From Ancylonema sp. (Eukaryota): a DNA stretch of 64,000 nucleotides. Under the pieces are notes generated by a model. It was not told the DNA's origin and made no database searches. It worked only from the letters and a program-made list of their open reading frames with translations. Below, piece after piece: positions 36,344 through 49,890 of the stretch. The translations under genes and the position numbers were made by a program. How positions within the stretch are numbered: the stretch's first letter is position 1; each line of letters opens with the position of its first letter. The stretch lies in NCBI GenBank assembly GCA_050230475.1, contig JBFLGF010000016.1, positions 62,001 through 126,000 on the forward strand, written 5' to 3'.

Positions 36344-37280
36344 CATAGTTGCAAGAACCGGCTGTTTTTTTTTTTTTGGAACCGGTTCCGAGATGTAATC
36401 GTTTCGGAACCGGACGAACCGGTAGATTTTTAGGGTTTTACTCCTTACCGCGGTATAATGTTTTTCCCCTCCCAAAAAACGTACGCGGGGGAAATAAATC
36501 GTTGTAATTGTTCATGTTGGTGACTCCACGTCACTTTCAAACGCTAAAATTGTGAACAGTTTCATCGGAAAAAATATGGCGCGGCCATTGTTAGTTTTAA
36601 TTTGCTTTATTTCGCGCCATGGCAGGACGTGGTGCCTTTTCATTGGTAGAAAACAACACGCGACCTTCCACTATGAAAAACTTTGGAGAAGGAAGGGATG
36701 TGAAATGTAGGAGAATTGAGTAGGAAGAGAGTGGATATAAATGGATTTCCGCAACTTTGAGTAGACGATTGAAAAGAAAAAAAGACTTGGAAAATAAAAT
36801 AAAATGTCGAGTGGCAATACAAAACGGGTGACAACATCATGTCGCAATATTTTCACATGGAATTGAAATACGGAATGGGAATGAAGAAATATGTATGGAA
36901 TGGAGTTTATGGATAGTTGAAAAAAGAGTGAAACTGAAACAGGAACTTGTTATATAACTACTTTTACATCAATAGTAAGAAAGTGTGCACAAAAGTGAGC
37001 AAAACAGAGAAATGCACTAAAAGCAAGTGGATACACTCATGAGAAAAATCATATATCTCATTTGTTGGTATCTCATTTATTCGTTTTTTTTTTGGGATAG
37101 ACCATGAAGTGGTACACCAAAAAAAAAAATTGTTGGTTTTTCCCGAGCCATATAGCCCCTCAAAATGCCGTTTAAGTGAAAAAATCCTAAATCCCGTGGT
37201 TCCGAACCGCGGCCACTTTTGTCGGAACCGGTTCCATCTAAGATCTGGTAAGGAAACGGTTCGGAGTTCGTGCAACTATG
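36344..37280. mobile_element. hAT MITE
   Basis: TIR CATAGTTGCA / TGCAACTATG, perfect 8-bp TSD ATTGTATT, subterminal GAACCGG motifs. Confidence 0.93.
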
Positions 37281-37607
37281 ATTGTATTTATATACCTATA
37301 AAGATTATAAAAAAAACAACGGGATAGGCTTAAAAGTAATAAACTTCTTGAGGTAGAATCTTCTTGAGGACAGCATAATAAAAAAACAAGATGACTTTGG
37401 GTAACCTTTTTTTTTTTAAGGGTTTACTAGTAAGCGGGGACTAGATGGCGTTGCTACCGTTGGGGTCCGACTGCCCTTGTTTCCCTTGTACTAAATCTAT
37501 ATAATTTTTGTATCTGAAATGTGTATTTGTATATTAATAGTTACCACGTTCCCAAACGCACCCAATCATACCCCAACCGCTATTACCGCATCTCAACTGG
37601 TTGGTTG

Positions 37608-38109
37608 TATAATTGGCCCCGCCCCGGGCGGGATATTTACCGCCCGGGGCGGGCCCGCCCGGGGCGGGAATCAGGGCGGGGTTTGCGGGGCGGGGCCATA
37701 GGCCAAAATACCAAAAATTAAAAAATGCCGCAATGCGGAGATATGGTTGGTTTTGTCAAAAAATGACTTCTTGCACAATGTGCACCATACGCCACAAGTC
37801 GGACATCAGCTAATGTCACCCATGAGTCCGACTCCGTGGCGTGGTGTGGTATAATGCGATAAAAATAAAAATTGGAAAAATAAAAATTGAAATTGAGATA
37901 CACAAAAGAATATTACACGGGTAAAGATGGCAGGCGTACTTAGTGTTATAAAATCTTGAATACTTGTCGGATTTGACTTTTGAAAAGATGTACATGATCT
38001 TCGTGGTCTTGGGGTTCACCCATAAAAACCATTATGGCCCTGCCCCGGGCGGGAAATTTTCCGCTTTTTCGGAAAGCGGGACGGAATTTGCGGGGCGGGG
38101 CCAACTATG
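37608..38109. mobile_element. hAT MITE, GC-box rich
   Basis: TIR (T/C)ATA(A/G)TTGGCCCCGCCCCG; 8-bp TSD gttggttg / gttggggg. Confidence 0.75.
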
Positions 38110-38203
38110 GTTGGGGGTATGCCGACCAGATGGAAATTAGCATGTGGTTGAGCAACTGCCGCCCGGCTGGCCCAACCGCTGTTTTTATTCGAGCGGTCGG
38201 GAG

Positions 38204-38612
38204 CATAGATGTACACACCCGTCAAAATCTCCGCCGGGCGGCACCCGCGGGCGAGACCGCGCGCGGGCGAAACGTGGGCGGGAATGTCCACGTGGCGTGC
38301 GGGTATATAGAGTTTTTTTAAGGGTTCTGGTATTTTTAGTTTTTTAAACTCCACATTGATCGAAATAAAAAAATAAAAAATGCTAATATCAACTGCACAG
38401 TTTCATCTACATGATTGTTTTCTTTTTTTCAAGAATATCATAAAACGTCTAGAAGCTATGCTTTTTTAAACTTGCTTTCTTGAAATCCCGAAATTCAGAG
38501 CGCCCAGCACGGGCGGCCGGGCGGCGCCCGCGGGCGAATCCGTCCGCGGGCGAATCCGTCCGCGGGTGAAGGGGGAAAAAAATATCCCCGCCCGCGGGCG
38601 AATATATCTATG
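38204..38612 (+). mobile_element. hAT MITE directly upstream of Ran
   Basis: CATAGAT...ATCTATG ends; TSD gtcgggag / ctcgggag; sister copy at 18652-19015. Confidence 0.9.
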
Positions 38613-38815
38613 CTCGGGAGTGGACACCGCACGAAAGCGCGAGCGGTCGCCGCGCGTTCGGAAACATAAACACTTTCGAAGGGACATTCTTCACGAACTG
38701 GGGAATGATCAGCGGCAGCATCTTCTCCAAGTTCTCTTCAGTGTGGTTCTTGTTTCCCACACCCTGAGTGGCGACGGTGTCTAGTTCCCTCGAGGCTTCT
38801 CTCTGGCAAGAGACC

Positions 38816-41679
38816 ATGGTGAGTCGGGACGGAAATTCGGACAATACGCTAGCGACACCTGTCTTGCTGATGAGGCAAATTACTCAGCCGACTCAAAACC
38901 CAGGCGCTTATGTTCCTGAAGCGAAGAGTTGCGAGTAGTTTGAAGGGTAGTCACGTTAGAAGGGACATCTCGGCAGGAAACGATAGTCCAGGAGTAGGCC
39001 GAATTATTTCTGCTGCTGTCGCCACCATCGCTTCGGTGGATTTCTCAGAGGAATACTCGCAGCATCGGATTGCAGCTGATCGAAATTGGCGGTTTTAGTA
39101 CGGAAGTGTCGAGAGTCGGGGATTTTGTGGCATGATATGTCCACGAAGTTAACCGGATATTCAACTGACACTGCAAGGTCAGGCTGTGAGTTCAATTCTT
39201 TCGCTGAAGGTGAGCTTTCCTGCCAGAATTTGAGCTCGCTCCACTCGATTTGAGCGCAGGCACTCCCTGGACACCCCGGTGCACTTCCTGGTCAAGTTAC
39301 TCCGGACAACTGCCCAGCCTTCAAACTGATCATTGTAGGCGACGGTGGCACAGGTACAGACAAAATAATACTCCTGACCCCACCTTAATTTTATATCAAT
39401 TCTGGCACTTCAGGATTGGTGTCTATGGGAAGTCCTGTATGCCTTCGTAGTGGTGGAAGCTCGGAGCCGGTCTGTGAAGGGGCTGTTTCTGTTTCAGCGC
39501 GCTTTCCGACACATTTTCGATGGTGCTAGAATTCCAGCACCGTCTCACAACTATCTTCTTGTTTTGTCGGGGTAGGTGGGGCTTGAGATTCGTAAATGTA
39601 TCCTACTCTGATTATTGCTTATTATTTTACCTTTTCATTTCAGGGACAACCACATTTGTGAAGCGTCACTTGACAGGCGAATTTGAGAAGAGATACGAAC
39701 GTGAGTATCACTTGTTTCCTAGTCGTTGAGCATAAGTAGCACAGTCTTGTCCTCATCAGAAGCAGGGGCTTGAAAGAATGGCATGATGTAGGTTACTATG
39801 CTTAGGCTTTAGTTGTCTGGCTGATGTGAAATGCCAGAAATGCCAGACGCCAGAAATGGTGTTGCTCTCGTGGCATTCAAGTTGGCATCCTGGTCCTGCA
39901 CCTGTGTGCGATGTATCTGTCACCAGTCTCTGTATCTGTCCGTCCAGACCATGACACTGATTTAGTTGCCACATTTGACAGCGACAATTGGTGTTGAGGT
40001 TCATCCCCTTGACTTCTTCACGAACTGCGGCCGCATCCGCTTCTACTGCTGGGATACAGCTGGACAGGAGAAGTTCGGTGGACTTCGTGATGGATACTAG
40101 TAAGTTATTTCAGAGGTCATTTCCTGGGCCACTTGTCGGCACTGGTTGTCAATGCACACAACTTTTGTGTCTGTCCTGCTGCAACTGAAATTCTGCCCGG
40201 GCTCAGAGTGTCATATTGGTGATTGGAGGGCAAGGAGTGTCCATCCCTTACTCTTCAAGAGTTGTCATCTAGTTTCAGATTCAGCTCCAGATCCGACACA
40301 AACGTAGAACCAGTTTTAGAATTCCTGGACTCCTTCCTTGGTGGAATCACGAACCGTGGTGTTGACAAAACATAGCATGGCGGACTACAAGGGGCTGGAG
40401 ATTGTTTAGGGAACGTTTATTTTTAGTGTCTCAGATCTCTGATCTTGTGGAAGTCACTGGATAGATCAGTTGTTCTTATACAAATTCATCGACAGACATG
40501 TGTCCGTGGATTGAAAACCTGTCTTGCGTGGTGTTTGCAGTATCCACGGGCAGTGCGCCATCATCATGATTGACGTCACCTCACGGCTAACCTACAAGAA
40601 CGTGCCAACGTGGCATCGGGATCTCTGCAGGTTCGTTCAGACACATCGGGATCTTTGGCTGGCTGGCTTTGCAGAGAAACGTCCTAGAGCGCTACGTTAT
40701 CTGAAACGCCTCCTGTCCATTTTGCTGCACAAGATTCTATACTTTACAGCTGCTTGCATGTTCTTCACATCTTTTTCACTGGTTTGTGCAGAGTCTGTGA
40801 AAACATTCCGATTGTGCTGTGTGGAAACAAGGTGGACGTGAAGAATCGTCAAGTGAAGGCCAAGCAAGTGACATTCCATAGGAAGAAGAATCTTCAGTAC
40901 TACGAGATTTCTGCTAAGTCCAACTACAATTTTGAGAAGCCGTACCTCTACCTTGCCCGCAAGTTGGCAGGGTAAGTTTCTTGTTCTATCTGGGAGATGT
41001 ATACACTACAAAGTCCTGCAACTGCCAGAGCATTCTGACCTCTGTCAGAAGGACTCGTTTGATTGGCTCGGCTATATTAAATTGAACCAGCATAGATTTG
41101 CATCTGGAGTTTAATTTCATCAGCTGTCTCACGGCCCTTTTATTTCTTTGTCACCTTTTCCAGAGATCCGAACTTGCACTTTGTGGAATCCCCCGCTCTT
41201 GCCCCACCCGAAGTCCAGATCAATCCCGACCAGCAGCGACAGTAAGCCCCTCTTCTAAACATGAAATTTTGGCCTTATGTAAAAACATTATCCACTCTCT
41301 GCCTATCCTCAGTAACCTTTGTATGTCTTCCCACACCTCGCTATCATTCCCCTAGTTGTGTTGTTCAAACATTGTAGCTTTCAGCAGTTTTTCAATTAAA
41401 GCATGTGTGAACCAAGGCTTTCATATGATTGGAGAATCTATGGGGCGTTCCGTTTTTGACAGATTTCTTGTGTCGAGTTTTGATCTGTGATGGAATCTGG
41501 TAGCACGATTGATGTACAAGACAGACGTAGCCCCTCATTTTGCTCATTTGTTGAGGAATAGATCTGACCCTTGGTTTTTCATTTGCGTATGTATGCTGCT
41601 TTCCAGGCTGGAGGCTGAGTTGGCAGCAGCTGCCAACCAGCCCTTGCCAGATGATGAGGATGAGCTCCTGGACAGCTAG
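38816..41679 (+). CDS. RAN: Ran small GTPase (plant type), 8 coding exons
   Basis: Exons 38816-38818 (ATG only), 39260-39353, 39644-39700, 39982-40099, 40541-40630, 40792-40971, 41164-41241 and 41607-41679. Reads [69 protein letters not shown] and the acidic tail [12 protein letters not shown]. Confidence 0.96.
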
Positions 41680-42588
41680 ATGATCAGGGGACGGTCAAAC
41701 GACTTCAAATAAAGTGTGTTAAACAGGCCGTCTTTGCCGAGTCTGGCATCCTTTCGTTGACAGTGTGTTTGAGTGCTTTGAGATTTGTTTCTCAAAAATG
41801 TGGTTTGCAACCTTTGCATGATTCGTGCACGGCAACCTTTGGTAACATACTGGCGTTGTCTTGTCAATGTTATCATGATTAAGACCCAGATATCTGAATA
41901 AGCAGACAAATGAAACAAATGACAAAACGAATGATAACTTTGAGCCGGTTTGGTCTCGCATGTGTTGGGAATAATATTTCACCTAAATGTTTCATACACC
42001 CTGTGGTGTCTCCCCAAGAGTTGAAAACAAATATTTAAATTCTTTAAAAACTTTATGTGTGAATATTGTTCTCTCTTGTCCACCTTGCCAAATACCTTCA
42101 ACTTTGTTTTGGTGCCTAAGGTGATGGGCGACCGCTTTCATTGAGAAACTTCACAAAACCATCCTAGATTGCCACTTTAGCTTGGGCTTTGCCATGGTAG
42201 GGGATCACCATCTGAATAAGCACGCCGAAAAAAACGTGCGAATCCAAGAGTCCGTGACCGATTCTTCGATTCGGGATTTGTTTTTAGAATCTTTGTATTT
42301 TAGAGGTTATAAAGATTTCGGGTCCTATTATATAATCGGGTTCTATTTTGGGTTCAATTATAAATCACGTTCACATCTCGCGTTTCTCGAACAAAATTAT
42401 GATTCTAGTAACCTTGTCTGGAGGCGCGGAAAAAAATATCCATATAGGTAGCATATTCACTTAAGCGGTTTGGCTTCAAATGTGTGAAACCCGTTCCCAT
42501 GTGCCTACGACGAGAAACAAGACAATAACCAACTCACAATTTCATTCAAACGTGACGTCTAGCTTCCGTATTGGTTGCATAGCCCATA

Positions 42589-43430
42589 TTTCGTTGTGTA
42601 GCCAGTGCTATAGTTTTTTCTTACAACCTGGGAGACACTAGGGGTCCGAGAACGTAGTTTTTTACGATGTATGTGCAAGTGGTACTAGTACCGCCGACCT
42701 TATTATGCCCAGTCGTGTAGTGTGTTCCATTGGATCTTCCAACAAAATGGGAGAATACTCAAGTGTACAGCCGTGAAAAGCATGAAGAAAATGGTACGGA
42801 AATACACATTATCATACATTACTCCTTTCACGTTTGCGGGTTGGCAAACAAGTATCCCTTCCGAGAATTGTGCACGTTTTGGAGTGATTACACTCGCCCA
42901 ACGTTAGGCATAATATAATAATTATCTGCGGATATCAACTTCCACATTGAAACTTTAGACTTGTTCCACTACATATGACAAATTATTATGTGGAACAATT
43001 GTGCAACATGGCGACAAAATCTGGAGTTTGTAAGTTGTCACTACATGTAGGCGGAGAGTTCACCCTTCAGAAACCATCTCAAGTATCATCGAGGCTTCAT
43101 GGAAAAATGGGAGGAGCCAAACAAACTGTTTTGGACATCTCCGGCACCTGCTGGAAAATCATTCCAAACTATGAACATTTGCCTAGCTTTTACAAAAGCC
43201 CACAGATTCCGGACGGTCACCTTCATGCCTCCTTGTAAACTATAAACTATAAACTATAAACTATTTAAACTATAACGACGAAATAACTCCTACACAAATG
43301 AAGTTTCCGCAGAACCGGGATGTAGGAAGAAACACATGGAAATATCTAAAGTTTCCAAGATGAACTTTACGACGACGCGAGGATGAGAAAAGGTACAAAG
43401 GAACGCCTGCATGTAATGTCAACTTTACGT
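42589..43430 (+). pseudogene. Possible highly decayed CRESS-DNA-virus-like Rep (HUH endonuclease + SF3 helicase)
   Basis: Motif-like pieces in the expected order across several frames: FRCVASAI/FLT (42589-42625), SREKHEENGTEI/HYHTLL (42769-42824), LFWTSPAPAGKS (43126-43161), YNDE (43271-43282) and KGTPACNVN (about 43400-43425). Confidence 0.4.
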
Positions 43431-44181
43431 TTGAGAGGTTTGACCAGAGCCGTCCAAGTCTTCGTCCAAATAGGAACGGGGTAGCAACATCAAATGCCAA
43501 AGTAACGTAGGGGAAAGCGATGGGGTTACGATATCCAAGAAAAAGAGGTGTGGGGGAAGAGGGTGGAAGAAACGTAACCTATTTACGATTCGACAAAGGC
43601 GGGGGATTGAACATGGTTTGAACATGGTTTCAATTTTCGGTCCACTTTTCGGTGTTTTGTATGTTCGGAGTTTTATTTTTTTCGTCTATTGCCATTTTGC
43701 CAACTGCCCAATCACTTGCCATCCGGGTGCGTTCCCACCCAGGTGCCGGCTGGGAGGCGGTTTGGAAAAGCGACCCGGTCGGGCCCAGCCTCTAACGGCT
43801 GGCTGCGGCTGGGCACGGATACAGCGATGGAGGTGTGCTTTTAGGCAGTAACTGTGAAATATCGAGATGGCACGGGGCGCTCCAATAACTGCCCTTTCGC
43901 ACGAGCCGAGGCGAAAATGTTTCGCCCCGATGAGTTCCAAGCGTGAAAACCCCTGCACAAAACCCGACTTTCATGAGGTGATTCATGAGGTGAGCCCAGG
44001 TTTCTGGAAACAGAGAAAGAAGTCTTCGGGTTGGGCGGTGCGTATTGAAGCAGCAGTCCAGCTCCAGGAATGGCGGTGCGCAGGAGATGAGTTGAAGAGT
44101 GTAGTTCTGTGGCTTCGGAGACGCTTGTTCACTCATCGGGCAGCTTCAGTTTTTGCTATCTGCTGTCAGACAGAATTCCAG

Positions 44182-47100
44182 ATGGAGTCTCTGAATGACT
44201 TTTTGGTGAAGCAACTTGAACCAATGTAAGTTTTCAGCAGGTTCTACAACACATTTTTTGCATTGGTAATGAACTGTTCTCGTGATGCGTATATGTTGAG
44301 TCGACAAATGCTTGCCTTCATGAGAGGATCTGAAGAAATGGTGTATGCCAGGTCCTTCAATACAGAATACAGCAGTGAAGATGTGAGTAACAATGTAGTC
44401 ATACATGTCGTTCTCTTTGCATTGTGTTGTAAAAACCCCTTTGACATTTTTAGTATGGTATCTGCGCGACTCAAAGAGTTGCTGAGAGCGTGATCAATCG
44501 GCTGGAGTTCAGGATATCAGAGGCTAACTAGCTAGGAGCACAACGGTATGTAATGTACTAGGTCTGATTTCCGTGTGGATGTTGTCCTTCACAGTTCAGA
44601 GGCTGATCCGGAGCTACTTGCCAACTACGTGGGGGCTCTGTTGAAAAACGAGAAGCCGCTTGACCAGCTCAAAGTCCTCTGTCTGGAACAACTCTCTGAA
44701 TTTCTCAATGAAGGTAAATGTTGGAGTCGTCCGGAGGCGTGTGTGGACAATATAACTAACTTCATTTCTCCCGACTGTGCAGATACGGAGAAGTTTGTCA
44801 ACACACTGTTTGAAGCCCTTGAATCCGGATTAGTGCAGCTCGAGGATGACGAATTCTACGACGACAACGACACAGCTGTCGACTCGAAGGAAGCCCCAGC
44901 TGCTGCGGTACCAGCGGCTGGCCTCTCCGTCCAAGACGGATCCGCTTCTGCTGCAGTCGTGAAGGTGGAGTCTGAGGACACCAAGGATGCTATTGGGGTA
45001 CCGCTCGTAGGGTCTGTTCCGGAAGCGGTTGGTGCTGGGGAAGTTGGAGGGGTCGGAGAGGCGGTTGGTGCTGCCTACGAGTCCAGTGAAGACGATGAAG
45101 ATCGGAACCACAAACACAGGCGCAGGGCAGCAGGGGCGAGGCGTGAGAGGGAGAGGATCGAGGATGGAGAGATTAGGGCGTCCGGAGGTGGAGAAAACGC
45201 TCTGACTAAGAAACGTCCTTTGCCGGACTTGGATAGAGCGCCACGGCAGAACTTTGGGAGGCAGCTGCAGGATGGACGCAGGAATCTGGTACCGGCAAAC
45301 CAGGGTCTCCGCAGCAGGGATGGAGGCAGAAGCCGATTCGGACTTGACGATGGAGGCAGAAGTCGATTCGGACTCGATGGCGGGCGTGGAGGATTGCAGA
45401 GGAGAGTGGGGGGGGCGTTCCGGGGAGACGACAGGGACAGGTTTGACATCGATCGAAAAATGATGCCTGGGGCAGCAGGGGTAGGTGGAAACGGTTGGGC
45501 GCCCTTTGATCGCTTCGGGGGTCCCCCACCCCCGTTCATGGATGGCCAGCCTCCGAGGGTGGGCCCCGGCGCGTTCTTTCCAGGGGGAGGGGCGGGGGTG
45601 CCGTTCAGAGGGCCCAGGGGACCTCCAGGGGCTCCCGTCGCGTGGAACGAGTTTGGCCAGGGGGGTGGGGTTCATGGGGAGGTCCCCATTGGTCCAGGCA
45701 TGCCTGGCGTGGGTCCAGGAAGATCGGCAATAATTGGGAGGGGAGCTGCTGGAGGGTCTAGGCCTCAGAGATGTCCCGATTTTGACAATCAGGGGTTTTG
45801 TCTGAAAGGAGACACGTGTCCGCTTGATCATGGAGCAGATCGCATTGTTTTGGAGGATATTCAGGTATGTGATCCCTGTTATTCTTGTATGCCCTGTATG
45901 ATGCCCTGTATGTATGTATGATTTTTATTTAAGCAGGGAGGGCGTGCAACTTGTGTCAGGTTGGCCCATCATATGACGTTGGAAGCCAGGTCTGCATGAC
46001 CCATTGTGGAAATATCTATTGGTCAATGTGACCGTAAGACGGGGTCTGCATTGTGTAGTTGCTGAAATTGGATTTGTCGCATACTTTATTGAAAGCTCAA
46101 CAGATGTGAGGAAGTCATTCATGCACCCATCAGCCTCAAGTGGTAACAATACAAGTTCGTCTTTGTTGACCGCCATGCTGTGATATCTTGTCCAGTGCGT
46201 TGAACAACGCCTTGCGCATCGTTCTGAATAAACCTTAAACCCCATCTTAAGCCCAAGTCCAGCTTCAAGTCTCTTCCCCGTTCAATCCCCTCATTTCGGG
46301 CTCACCAACTGCTCCCCGCGCAGCACCTTCACTCCCTCAACCTTCCCGCCGTGAACCAAGGACGGCCAATCGGATCCGGGGGTCTCCCCACAGGTACCCC
46401 CGAGGGGACAGCTGGGGCTCGGATGACAGGTGTCCGCAGGGGAATGCAGCTCGGGATGCCAGCTGGCAAGGAAGGGCTACCCAACGAGGGCGCGGGCGCA
46501 GGCGAGCTCTACGACCCGGATCGTCCTTCCTGGACGGGAAACGGGTTGCGGCCCACAGGGGGATTGGCCAGGCTTGCTTCGCTCAAACGTGCTTCGGTGG
46601 ATGCAGGGGGGGGGGGGGGGTTGGGGAACGGAGGGCCGGATGAGGAAAGGAAGGCTGGGGGTGCGGGTAGCGTTTGGGAGAGAATCAAGCCACCTGCCAG
46701 TATGGGCATGGGGGGGTTGGGGATGGGAATGGGAGGGGGCTATAATATGGGACCAGGACCTGATGACTGGAGGGGGGATAGGGGGAATGGAGGACCGGGT
46801 ACGGGTATGGGGCTGCCTCAGAGGGAAGATTTCCCACCTTCATATGAAGGTGGTGGGGGGAGAGGGGGGGTAGGGATGTACGGACGAGAGTGGGGTCGTG
46901 GCAGGGGCCGGTATGGTGGCAGGGGTGGGGGTGGAGGAGGGCGTCGGGGGGGGGATGGAGGTGGGAATGGGGGTGGGGAGGGAGAGGAGGGGGAGGTAGC
47001 GGACCGAACTCTCTGTGTGCTGAACCTGCCGCTGGACGCAGAGAACATGGAAATGGACCTGCTCAACCATTTCAGGCTCATCGGGCTCGTGGTTCACGTC

Positions 47101-48683
47101 TCCGTGTCCCAAAGTCGCCACACGGGATTCGTGCAATTCGCCCGCAGAGCCGATGCGGAGAAGGCACTGGCCGCGCCGGAGGCGGTTCTGGGGAACCGGT
47201 TCATCGAAATCAAGTGGGCGAGCTATGACACGCAGCCGCACTTTGACGCCCCGCCCTCTCCCCCGGCCGCTGCCGACGCGACAGCTGGCACAGGTGTACC
47301 TCCTGTACCTGGTGCGGGGGCAGCAGTGCCAGCTGTCGATGGGTCTCCAGCAGAGAAGCCGCCTGCTGTGTGGGCAAGGCAAGAGTCGAGTGGGGCAGCT
47401 GCAAAGGGAGTACCGGCGGTTGGGGGGGGGGCAGCGGCGGCGGCGGCGGCGGTGGTGGCGGCGACCAATCAGGAAATAGCGTCCAAGTATGCCAAGCTGA
47501 TGGAGCTGAAGGCGGCTGAAGATGCCCTGAGGGAGAAGAAGTTGGCGGAGCAGAAACGGTTCCAGGAGCTGCTCAAGAGAAAGGTATCATTCTTTTGGTC
47601 GTTAACCAAAGGAGGACTGTCGTGAAGTGACACATTCATTTTTCCCTTTTTTTTTCTGCTGCTTGGTTGGGTGCTGACGTGGCACTACTGTCCGTTCCCT
47701 GCAGGCGGAAAGGGCATCCCAGCCAGCCAGAGACGCCAGGCCGCCAGCAAAGCGCCCCCACACAGCCTCTGATGCCGCGCCAGATGGCGCAACCCAGAGG
47801 GACTCCAAAACGACACCTGGCGCCGTGCCAGCAGAGGATGGTGGGAGAGGGAGTGATGCGGAAACCAAGGCATCATTTCTGACCCCCCCCAAGACTGAAT
47901 CCCCCACAGGGTTGGGGTTCGGTATGAGGGGTGCGGGTGGAGGCAGGGGGAGGGGTCGGGGGCGAGGGGGGGCTGCTGGGGGGTACCCAGGGACTGCGTG
48001 GGGAGGGCCGTTCCGGAATCTTAAGATTGATAACCGCACAACCGTGCTGAGGCTGGTGCCCCCTCTCCCACCCGTGGCTCAGGACGTAAGTATACCTAAA
48101 AGATGTACCTCAAAAATAAGGGGTGTCAGGTTTTAAGTTCCTTCTGCCATCATGCCAATTCGCACCGGAAACCAAAAAAGGGTAATTTTTCTGTCTCTGA
48201 ACTCAAGACACCAAAATCTGGTTGTCTTTTTGCACCTGACCCAAATCGTGTTTCCTGCAGACGAAGGTACTCTGGGACCACTTCAGCTTGTTTGGAGACC
48301 TTGCGTCTATAGAGGAGGAGCCCAAGCAGGGGCGGGAGGAGGCAGGGACGGGGGCTGGATCTGCAGTTGGGGGGGTCAGAATCACGTTTGCCCAAAGGAG
48401 AAATGCAGAGGCAGCCATGGCAGAAGGGAAAACGATCCAGGGAGTGGCAATCCAGCTGGCATGGGCTGGTCCAGCGAAAAAGGCACCCCTTCCTCCCCCA
48501 GTGACACCTGTCAAAGCACCCGCTGTCGTTGCCACCAATGGGGGGATGGCAGGAGGTGTCGGGACAGCTGGAGGGGGAGGAGGGGAGGGGTTGAAGTCGG
48601 GGGTGGAATCGGATTTGCAGCTGGGGGTTGGGCAGAACGCGAATGCGGTGGACGAGGGTAGCCCTGTGGTGGAAGTTGAGTGA
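44182..48683 (+). CDS. RBM26/RBM27-like RNA-binding protein (PWI-like domain, CCCH zinc finger, two RRMs)
   Basis: Exons 44182-44225, 44595-44713, 44783-45864, 46324-47583, 47705-48085 and 48261-48683 join in phase. Motifs: LVKQLEPISEADPELLANYVGALLK, RCPDFDNQGFCLKGDTCPLDHG, LLNHFRLIG...FVQF...AVLGNRFIEIKWA, LKIDNRTT, DHFSLFG...ITFAQRRNAEAA. The true start may lie in a further upstream exon. Confidence 0.9.
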
Positions 48684-49515
48684 GAGTTGGCACGTGCGCT
48701 GAATGTCTCGTCCGTTTGCAATCTAGGGGTTCAAAGGCTTTGTTTTGTATATTGAGTAGTTTCCAGGGACTGAAACCCCGGTTCCGTTGGTTACTAGTCT
48801 TCAAATGGGTATTTGGTTCCAAATACGGTTGTGGTGTCTTGTGTCGGATTTGTGTCACCAACAGTCTGTAGGAGCTCCAAGGAAGTCACGCAGTATTCAC
48901 GTTGAGAATGTATGCTTTTTGGTATGGCACGGGGCATTTAGAACATGTCCCGGTCATAAGATGTTATTATGCGCACTTGTTTCTTTTGGATTCTCGTACC
49001 GTGGACTCAAGCGTGATGGAAAGTGCATCAGAGTAAGGCATAATAACACTTATTCGGGATCTCTCTCTATGCTTACATGCACATGTCTACCTCTCTTGGT
49101 GCATAACGTTTTAAGATATAAGAGGTGGGATAGGTTCAAGTAGTGGTTCACACACATATAATGTGCATTCAAGTATATACTTGCGCACCACCCTAAAAAA
49201 TGAAAGGCATCATTCACCGACAAACAGAATATAGATATCCGCACGATATGACGTAGACCATAGTTGGGTCAGGCGCATCCTGAACCCCGACAATCCGTCC
49301 TGAAAACCAAAACATCAAATAAATATTGATACAATGCCTAGGGGTATTTTTTTCTTGATTCCCCCCCCCCCCCCTTGTGGAGCGGTGTCCTTGGCCTTTT
49401 GGGCGATGCGCATAGCGATTCCCTTTCGCATCTTCCTACAGATAATGAGTGTCTTATAATCGTGGAAGCTATATGAAACTTAACGATTGATTTGTTTGAA
49501 TCCATTGGAACTACA

Positions 49516-49890
49516 TGTTGGTTTTTAGGCTCTCTGTTTTTAGGCTCATATCAAATCCCATGAGTGAAGTTTAATTTGGTCGATTTTTGCCGTTTTCGCG
49601 TGTCGTTATGATTGTGATGTTACATTTGGCCACCTTGCAGCTTGTCGATAAGAATAGATGACTTGGCACAATGCAAGGACATGATTGGTGTTGACTTAAT
49701 AGTTTCAATCAGAAGAGATCTTTGAGTAGGAGGGGGCATGGATCATACTCGATTGTACTCAATCTGGGCTTGCACGCAGAATTATGCAATCAATCAATCT
49801 TTCTCAAACTTGCACTTTTGTTGAGTTTGTTTGCTTCAAGAGTGTGAAATTTGTTACACCTTGCATCGATGGCAGAAGATAGCACCAACA
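49516..49890 (+). mobile_element. Copia solo LTR (family of 21958-29480)
   Basis: TGTTGG...CCAACA ends; reverse complement similar to 21958-22375 (gcatcgatggcagaag); TSD ctaca / ctata. Confidence 0.88.

Noticed and set aside
44830..48861. Long antisense and alternate-frame ORFs over the RBM26-like gene
   Set aside because: Expected shadows of GC-rich coding exons; no recognisable motifs.
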